Both the position numbers and the translations under genes were made by a program. Positions 25,914-32,000 of a DNA stretch of 32,000 nucleotides are shown here, one piece after another. How positions within the stretch are numbered: the first letter of the stretch is position 1; the number at the start of each line of letters is the position of its first letter. The notes under the pieces are model-generated. The model was given only the letters and a program-made list of their open reading frames with translations, did no database searches and was not told the origin of the DNA. The DNA is from Bifidobacterium longum subsp. longum JCM 1217 (GTDB taxonomy: Bacteria > Actinomycetota > Actinomycetes > Actinomycetales > Bifidobacteriaceae), in contig NC_015067.1 of NCBI RefSeq assembly GCF_000196555.1, positions 1,680,001 to 1,712,000 on the forward strand, given 5' to 3'.

Positions 25914-27290
25914 TCAGATGTGATTCAGATCCTTGTCGGTGTTTTCGTGGGAGAGGATCATCGCGACCAAGGCGATGGCCGCAACGCCCACCATGTACCA
26001 GGCCGGGGCGATGGACGAACCGGTCAGGGCAATCAGGCCAGTGGCGATGAACGAGGCCGTACCACCGAAGATGGCGTTGGCCAGATTGAAGCTGAACGCG
26101 AATCCGGTGAAGCGCACGGAGGTGGGGAACGTCTCGGTCAGGTAGCTGGACAGGGTACCGTCGTTGGCGGTCAGGGTGGCGCACATTGCCAGCTCAACCA
26201 GCAGCACGGGCCAGAACTGGGAGGTGTTGAGGATGAGGAAGGCAGGAACGGTGAGGACGATGAACGCCACGCAAGCGCCGATGAGCACCTTCTTGCGGCC
26301 GAATTTGTCGGAGATGTGGCCCATGCCGAACACCATGAACACGTAGGCGACCAGGCAGATGGTGGTGATGGTGCCGGACTGGGGGGCGTCCATGCCGACG
26401 GTGTCAGACAGATAGGTCGGCAGGTAGGTGAGCACGGTGTAGAAGCCGACCGCGTTCAGCACGCAGGCTCCGAAGCTGATGATCAGAGCCTTGAGATGGT
26501 TGTGGAACAACTCGGCGAGCGGGGCGAACATGCCGCTCTTGGCAGCGATTTGACCGTCGGCGGAGGCGGCGCCCTTGGACTCAAGCGCATCGTTCATCGA
26601 CTGGTAGACGGGGGAATCAGCGAGCTTGGCGCGGATGTACAGCACAATCAGACCGAGCGGGCCGGCCAGCAGGAACGGCACACGCCATCCCCAACCGACC
26701 ATCGCGCTAGAGTTCATGTTGGCGGTCATCAGCGTGGCCAGAGTAGAACCGGCGAGCAGACCGATAGCGGTGGAAGCCGGAATCAGCGAGCAGTAGATGC
26801 CGCGCTTTGAAGTGGGCGCATATTCGCCGAGGAACGTGGCCGCACCGGCATATTCACCGGAGGCGGAGAAGCCCTGCACCATGCGCAGCAGTAGAAGCAG
26901 AATCGGCGCGCCAACGCCAATCACCGAGTAAGACGGCAGGCAGCCGATCAGGAAGCTCGCACCGGACATGAACATAATCGAGTGGGCCAGTGCGGCTTTA
27001 CGGCCTTTCTTATCTCCATAGCTACCCCAGAACAGTGCGCCGATTGGACGCAGGATGAAGGATAGCGCGAACACGCCGAAGGTCTGCAGCATGGCGACGG
27101 TGTGATTGTCGGTTGGGAAGAACACCAGGGCGATAGTGGTGGCGAAGTACGAATAGGAGGCGTAGTCGAACCACTCGATGAAGTTGCCGAGGAAGGAAGA
27201 TACCGCGACTTTTCTGACCATGGCCTGTTCTTCAGTTTGCGGGGTGGAATTCATCAGTCGTGCAGATGTAGTAATCGTTGCGGAACTCAT
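25914..27290 (-). CDS. MFS transporter, metabolite:H+ symporter (MHS; ProP/KgtP-like) family
   Basis: 458 aa with about 12 hydrophobic segments. The MHS-type N-terminal motif is FLGNFIEWFDYASYSYFATTIA, and the loop 2-3 motif is GALFWGSYGDKKGRK. Confidence 0.88.
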   Translation of the reverse strand: MSSATITTSARLMNSTPQTEEQAMVRKVAVSSFLGNFIEWFDYASYSYFATTIALVFFPTDNHTVAMLQTFGVFALSFILRPIGALFWGSYGDKKGRKAALAHSIMFMSGASFLIGCLPSYSVIGVGAPILLLLLRMVQGFSASGEYAGAATFLGEYAPTSKRGIYCSLIPASTAIGLLAGSTLATLMTANMNSSAMVGWGWRVPFLLAGPLGLIVLYIRAKLADSPVYQSMNDALESKGAASADGQIAAKSGMFAPLAELFHNHLKALIISFGACVLNAVGFYTVLTYLPTYLSDTVGMDAPQSGTITTICLVAYVFMVFGMGHISDKFGRKKVLIGACVAFIVLTVPAFLILNTSQFWPVLLVELAMCATLTANDGTLSSYLTETFPTSVRFTGFAFSFNLANAIFGGTASFIATGLIALTGSSIAPAWYMVGVAAIALVAMILSHENTDKDLNHI

Positions 27291-27479
27291 GATGTCACCG
27301 TCCTTTCAAGGATGTGCTGTTCGTGTGACTGAATGAGATTCAAGTGGGAATCCGTTTCGCAGCAGGTCGACCAGCGCCGCGATAGCCTCGACTATGCCCT
27401 TGAGTATTTGCTGAAACGTGAATCGTCGATTAACCAGTTCGGCGTAGAAGTGGACAGGTTGCCCAGTGGCACTGCCGTA

Positions 27480-28982
27480 TTATTCACCATGCTGTTCTTG
27501 CCATGATTTCGTGAGTTTGGCGGCGAATAGCAGCATCACCCAGTTCGGTTTGTCGTTATAGTCGACGCCGACCATTTGTGTCACTTTGTCCAGTCGGTTG
27601 TACAGGGTTTGCCGTCTGATACCCAATTGCTCGCACGCGCCGGTTTTGCTGTCGAGGTTGTCGAAGCAGGCGCACAGTGTGTCCAGCAACAGCGGGGAGG
27701 CGGCGACCTCGAATCCGATGGTCTGCACCACGAGCATGCGCATCGCCTTGTCCATATCAGAGGATGCGACGAAACGGTCGACGAGTGCGGACATGGTACT
27801 TACGACTCGCCCGTATGCCGGTTCATGATTGGCGATGTCACGCAATACCGCGAACCCGTCGACCAGCGTCACCGTGTCCAATGCCACTCGGCCATGCACC
27901 ACGTATATACCGTCGCCTTCCAGTACGGCAAGCGCATCCATGCAATGGCGTCCGAATGCGGCCGCACCGTCTGAGGAATCGGTGGTGGAGCACCATCCGA
28001 CCATCAAGTCACCTTCCAGCATGCAGGAGACGGCGCATCCCGACAGTTCTTCGAACCGTTCGACCATCGTCGATACATGGTTGATGCCTTCCACCACCGA
28101 TCTGAACCGAAAAGCGAATGGCATATAGATGCATGATCCGGCAAAACCCAGCGCTTCGAGCATCGCATGCGCTTCCTGCGCCTCAAATGTATTGACGTGC
28201 ACGCCGTCGGCCGGACCCATACTCAGATGATGCATCATGCCCATGCGCGCACCGCCGTCAATATAAAGGGCGGCCACCGGAGACACGATGGTGGCGATGG
28301 CCCGACGCATCGTGGCGTCGGAAGTCATGGTGCGTTGCGTGATCTCCAATGCTCCCACCGGCCGGGAGCGACTTTCAAGGGCGATGACGGCGCTCGATTC
28401 GTTGCCGGCATCGAACGCACGACCCGCTCGAGCGGCCAACAGACCGTCACCATCGAAAATGGCGACGCTTTCGCCGAACAGCGACGCAATGGTTTCGGCC
28501 ACAGCCTCGATATTGCCGGTACGGGACAATCCCTCACGTAATGAAGTGGACATTGTGTCCACCTCCAATTGCAAGTGCATCTGTTCGTGCACGATAGCGG
28601 TATTGACGCTCTGACAGATGTCGACAAAAGGTACGCGAGATTTCAAACCAATCAACGTCAACCCATGCAGCCTGGCCGCAGACACCAGTTCGTCCGGCAT
28701 CCGCACCACACCCTCCACCAGTTCGACCACCAGAGCGGCGACACCAGCCTGTGCCAGGCTTGCTACATATTGTCCTAGCGTGCCGTGCCAATCGGCGGCG
28801 AGCAGAGCGTTGCCCTCGATAATCAGCATCTCACCGCCCGAAAGGAAGCTGGAGACATCCTCTCGCTCGTTGGTGAACACCCATCGCACTGGCGTATCGA
28901 GGTCTTTGCCTTCGACCTCCACCACAGGATCGGCTCGTTTGAACTGCGTGTTATGAAGCACACTGCGAATCGATACAGTCAT
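27480..28982 (-). CDS. PucR-family transcriptional regulator
   Basis: The N-terminal purine-catabolism-regulator-like domain reads VRWVFTNEREDVSSFLSGGEMLIIEG. The C-terminal PucR HTH reads TGACEQLGIRRQTLYNRLDKVTQMVG. Confidence 0.85.
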   Translation of the reverse strand: MTVSIRSVLHNTQFKRADPVVEVEGKDLDTPVRWVFTNEREDVSSFLSGGEMLIIEGNALLAADWHGTLGQYVASLAQAGVAALVVELVEGVVRMPDELVSAARLHGLTLIGLKSRVPFVDICQSVNTAIVHEQMHLQLEVDTMSTSLREGLSRTGNIEAVAETIASLFGESVAIFDGDGLLAARAGRAFDAGNESSAVIALESRSRPVGALEITQRTMTSDATMRRAIATIVSPVAALYIDGGARMGMMHHLSMGPADGVHVNTFEAQEAHAMLEALGFAGSCIYMPFAFRFRSVVEGINHVSTMVERFEELSGCAVSCMLEGDLMVGWCSTTDSSDGAAAFGRHCMDALAVLEGDGIYVVHGRVALDTVTLVDGFAVLRDIANHEPAYGRVVSTMSALVDRFVASSDMDKAMRMLVVQTIGFEVAASPLLLDTLCACFDNLDSKTGACEQLGIRRQTLYNRLDKVTQMVGVDYNDKPNWVMLLFAAKLTKSWQEQHGE

Positions 28983-29002
28983 ACAATCTGTCCATTCCCC
29001 CG

Positions 29003-29094
29003 CGGAACACCGGTCGTTCCGGTTAACCTCACCGCAAAGCGTGCTGTTGACAATAACCTCAGTTGGTTACGCGGGCAGTCGGTTCACGTAACCG
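29003..29094. promoter_or_regulatory. Cluster of dyad and direct repeats in the pucR-like/codA divergent intergenic region
   Basis: CGGAAC-N7-GTTCCG (29003-29021); GGTTAACC (29021-29028); TAACCTCA twice (29024 and 29054); TTGACA (29047-29052); GGTTACG-N15-CGTAACC (29065-29093); CGGTT-N5-AACCG (29080-29094). The codA SD GAAGGAG is at 29113. Confidence 0.35.
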
Positions 29095-29124
29095 TTCGGC
29101 AACACACCAGTTGAAGGAGCGACG

Positions 29125-30444
29125 ATGACTACCACACTGTTCACCAACGCACATATCGCCACCGGAGAACCCGGAAGCACGGCTGCAAGCACCCTGCCAT
29201 TGCAGGACATTCTCGTCACGGATGGCGTGTTCACCGCATTCGGCCCCGGACTCGCGCAACAATATGAGGCTCAGGGTGGTGATCTGGCGGCCATTGAGGT
29301 GGTCGATCTGGGCGGCAAACTTGTCTGCCCACCGTTCTGCGATACGCATCTGCACCTTGATTACGTATTCACGGCCCGCAAGCCCGGTGCGGTGAATGAA
29401 AGCGGAACCTTGTTTGAGGGCATCCAGCGATGGAGTGAGACCAAGTCCGACTTGACGGTCGACGAGATCAAGCAGCGCGCGAAAATCGGCATTAAGAAAG
29501 AAATGCTGCATGGCGTGCAGCTCATTCGATCCCATGCCGATGTGACCGACCCGAACCTGACCTCGTTAAAGGCGCTGCTGGAGCTTAAGGAGGAATTGAA
29601 GGATACGGTCACTCTCCAGATCGTCAGCTTCCCGCAGGAGGGCATGTACTCCTACGAGGGCCCGCATGGCGAATCGGGTGCCGAGCTGGTGGAGGAAGGA
29701 CTCAAGATGGGTGCCGACTGCGTGGGCGGCATCCCCCATTTCGAACAGTGCCGTGAGTTTGGCGAGCATTCCATGCACACGGTAGTTGAGTTGGCTTCGA
29801 AATACGACAAGCTCATCGACGTGCATTGCGATGAGACGGATGATCCGAATTCCCGTTACGTGGAGCTGCTTTCGGCGCTGGCATATAAGGCTGGCATTGG
29901 CCCGAAGGTCACCGCCAGCCACACCTGTTCGCTGGGATCGGCGGACAACGCCTACTTCTTCCACCTGACCAAGCTGCTTAAGGCGGCGCATATCAACTTC
30001 GCCTGCGCCCCCACCGAGAACCTGTATTTGCAGGGCCGTCAGGATACCTTCCCCAAGCGCCGTGGCATCACGCGAGTCAAGGAGCTCACTGAGGCGGGTG
30101 TCAATGTGTCATTGGGCCAGGATTCAATGCAGGACCCGTGGTACCCGTTGGGCAATGGCAATATGATGCTCATTCTTGATTATGTGCTGCATTTGGCACA
30201 GATGATGAGCTTTGAAGAAATCGACGATGCGTTGAAGTTCCTGACCGTCAACGGTGCCACTACGTTGGGCCTGCGCGATATGTACGGCTTGGAAACGGGC
30301 AAGCCAGCAAACTTCATTGTGCTGGACGCCGATAGCGTGTTCAACGCCGTGTATGAGCGCTGCTCGGTATTGCGTTCGGTGCGCGCCGGCCGCACGCTGT
30401 TTACCCGCGAGGAGACCATCGACACCGGACTCGCCCTGCTGTAA
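29125..30444 (+). CDS. codA: Cytosine deaminase (amidohydrolase superfamily; possibly also creatinine deaminase)
   Basis: Collinear with E. coli CodA as recalled from memory: PPFCDTHLHLD (HxH metal site), GTLFEGIQRW, IVSFPQEG, IDVHCDETDD, VTASHTCS, PKRRGITRVKEL and GQDSMQDPWYPLG. Confidence 0.9.
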   Translation: MTTTLFTNAHIATGEPGSTAASTLPLQDILVTDGVFTAFGPGLAQQYEAQGGDLAAIEVVDLGGKLVCPPFCDTHLHLDYVFTARKPGAVNESGTLFEGIQRWSETKSDLTVDEIKQRAKIGIKKEMLHGVQLIRSHADVTDPNLTSLKALLELKEELKDTVTLQIVSFPQEGMYSYEGPHGESGAELVEEGLKMGADCVGGIPHFEQCREFGEHSMHTVVELASKYDKLIDVHCDETDDPNSRYVELLSALAYKAGIGPKVTASHTCSLGSADNAYFFHLTKLLKAAHINFACAPTENLYLQGRQDTFPKRRGITRVKELTEAGVNVSLGQDSMQDPWYPLGNGNMMLILDYVLHLAQMMSFEEIDDALKFLTVNGATTLGLRDMYGLETGKPANFIVLDADSVFNAVYERCSVLRSVRAGRTLFTREETIDTGLALL

Positions 30445-30462
30445 TAATCCGACACAAACAGT

Positions 30463-30588
30463 AGCTCCCCTTGACAGGGGAGCTGTCGCCAGAGGCAACT
30501 GAGGGGTAGACCACAAACGTGCACATCATGTGTGCGCAGGTCTACCCCTCAGTCAGCTTCGCTGACAGCTCCCCTGTCAAGGGGAGCT
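30463..30588. repeat. Composite three-hairpin palindromic element (GGGGAGC family) between convergent genes; about 126-bp imperfect inverted repeat overall
   Basis: Hairpin 1 is AGCTCCCCT-tgac-AGGGGAGCT (30463-30484). Hairpin 2 is ACTGAGGGGTAGACC-N26-GGTCTACCCCTCAGT (30498-30553). Hairpin 3 is AGCTCCCCT-gtca-AGGGGAGCT (30567-30588). The outer hairpins are reverse complements of each other. Confidence 0.75.
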
Positions 30589-30623
30589 TTGCTGGTATGC
30601 GCTAGCTACGCTATCGAAACGGA

Positions 30624-32000
30624 CTACTCCTGCGGAGCGTCACCGGAATCGGCGGGAGCGGATTCGGCCGGCTCAGTGGCCGGAGTGGCGTCGGCTGGAG
30701 TCTCGCCATCAGTGGCGGCACCGTCTTCGGCGGGCTTATCGGCGGCGGCCGGCTCCTCGAACTCCTCACCCTTGAAGGTGAATTCGCCGAGGATACCCTC
30801 GCCTTCCGCATCCACAATCACGCGCTGACCGTCTTCGAGATCGCCCATCAGGATCTTCTCGGAGATGGCGTCCTCGATGTCGCGCTGAATCACGCGGCGC
30901 AGCGGACGGGCACCGAGCAGCGGGTCGAAGCCCTTCTGCGCGAGCAGGTCCTTGGCGGCGTCGGTGAGTTCGAGCGACATATGACGGTCGAACAGGCGGT
31001 CGTTGAGCTGCTTGACGTCCAGATCCACGATCTGGCGCACCTGCGGCTCGGTGAGCTGCTTGAAGACGATGATGTCGTCCAGACGGTTCAGGAACTCCGG
31101 GCGGAACTGCTGCTTCAATTCGGAGCTGACCTGGTCCTTCATGCGCTGGTAGCTGGACTCGTTGTTGGCACCTAGGTTGAAGCCCGTGTTGGCGGCCTTG
31201 GCGATGTCTCGCGTACCGAGGTTGGTGGTCAGGATGATGATGGTGTTCTTAAAGTCCACCTTGCGGCCCTGACCGTCGGTCAGGTGGCCGTCATCGAGCA
31301 CCTGCAGCAACGTGTTGAAGATGTCCGGATGAGCCTTTTCGATCTCGTCGAACAGCACCACGGAGAACGGCTTGCGGCGCACCTTTTCGGTGAGCTCGCC
31401 GCCTTCCTCGTAGCCGACGTATCCCGGAGGCGCACCGAAGAGTCGCGAAGCCGCGTACTTCTCGGAGAACTCGGACATATCCACGCGAATCAGCGCGTCC
31501 TCATCGTCGAACAGGAATTCGGCGAGCGTCTTGGCCAGCTCGGTCTTGCCGACGCCGGTGGGGCCGGCGAAGATGAACGAGCCGGACGGGCGCTTCGGGT
31601 CCTTCAGACCCACGCGAGTACGGCGGATAGAGCGGGACAGGGCGGAAACCGCCTCGTCCTGGCCGATGATGCGCTTGTGCAGTTCGGCTTCCATGTTGAG
31701 CAGTTTCTTGGACTCGGCCTGAGTCAGCTTGAACACCGGGATACCGGTGGTGGAGCTGATGACCTCGGCGATCACGTCCTCGTCCACGACCATCTTGACG
31801 TCGGACTCGCCTTCGCGCCAGGAGTCTTCCTTCTGCTTGCGATCGGCTTCCAGCTTCTCCTGCTTGTCGCGCAGTTCGGCGGCCTTCTCGAAGTCCTGGC
31901 CCTTGATGGCCTCGTCCTTGTCGGCGGCGATCTTGGCGATCTTCTCGTCGAGTTCCTTGAGCTCAGGCGGGGCGGTCAGGCGCTTGATGCGCAGGCGTGC
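30624..32000 (-). CDS. clpC: ATP-dependent Clp protease ATP-binding subunit ClpC, C-terminal part (5' end beyond window end)
   Basis: The frame is open from 32000. It covers a UVR-type segment (DKDEAIKGQDFEKAAELRDKQEKLEA) and the D2 AAA+ module with GPTGVGKTELAK, VVLFDEIEKAHPD and RPEFLNRLD. An Ala/Pro/Asp/Glu-rich tail precedes the TAG at 30624. Confidence 0.93.
   Translation of the reverse strand, partial: ARLRIKRLTAPPELKELDEKIAKIAADKDEAIKGQDFEKAAELRDKQEKLEADRKQKEDSWREGESDVKMVVDEDVIAEVISSTTGIPVFKLTQAESKKLLNMEAELHKRIIGQDEAVSALSRSIRRTRVGLKDPKRPSGSFIFAGPTGVGKTELAKTLAEFLFDDEDALIRVDMSEFSEKYAASRLFGAPPGYVGYEEGGELTEKVRRKPFSVVLFDEIEKAHPDIFNTLLQVLDDGHLTDGQGRKVDFKNTIIILTTNLGTRDIAKAANTGFNLGANNESSYQRMKDQVSSELKQQFRPEFLNRLDDIIVFKQLTEPQVRQIVDLDVKQLNDRLFDRHMSLELTDAAKDLLAQKGFDPLLGARPLRRVIQRDIEDAISEKILMGDLEDGQRVIVDAEGEGILGEFTFKGEEFEEPAAADKPAEDGAATDGETPADATPATEPAESAPADSGDAPQE

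Noticed and set aside
27306-27479. 57 codons remain open in frame after the PucR-like TAA stop (YGSATGQPVHFYAELVNRRFTFQQILKGIVEAIAALVDLLRNGFPLESH..), suggesting read-through or a gene remnant
   Set aside because: An open run of this length is not rare in GC-rich DNA. It has no start codon, and the interval must carry the transporter promoter and SD. The PucR HTH domain is already complete before the stop. It is worth a TBLASTN search but is not supported as a feature.

Overview
High-GC (about 60%) actinobacterial chromosome segment. Gene content and order look like Bifidobacterium, which is an inference from the protein sequences because no search was run. Most of the window is minus-strand housekeeping DNA: a partial OmpR-type response regulator (missed by the ORF track), rarA, a Ski2/HelY-like helicase, PPK2, the gluABCD glutamate ABC transporter, aspS, hisS, a DUF349 protein and partial clpC. 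The accessory content is as follows. (1) A zinc-ribbon membrane protein appears split by a frameshift at an A5/T5 run. (2) There are three secreted or surface phosphoesterases: a 1311-aa LTD/propeller/5'-nucleotidase fusion, a PAP2 acid phosphatase and a second 5'-nucleotidase-type enzyme. (3) An AT-richer insert between gluA and aspS carries a DUF559 (PD-(D/E)xK-like) gene. It has duplicated dyad sites upstream and, downstream, a phased 19-bp tandem array of a CCCCATGGGG-core motif in inverted blocks. (4) A creatininase / MHS transporter / PucR regulator / codA cluster may be an N-heterocycle (creatinine or cytosine type) scavenging locus. (5) A family of composite three-hairpin palindromic elements with an AGCTCCCCT..AGGGGAGCT and CTGAGGGG..CCCCTCAG core sits at two convergent gene junctions, with one degenerate copy elsewhere. 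No rRNA, tRNA, CRISPR array or transposase was seen. The long antisense ORFs in the track are GC-rich shadow frames. All functional calls rest on motif recognition by eye and none was verified by a database search.
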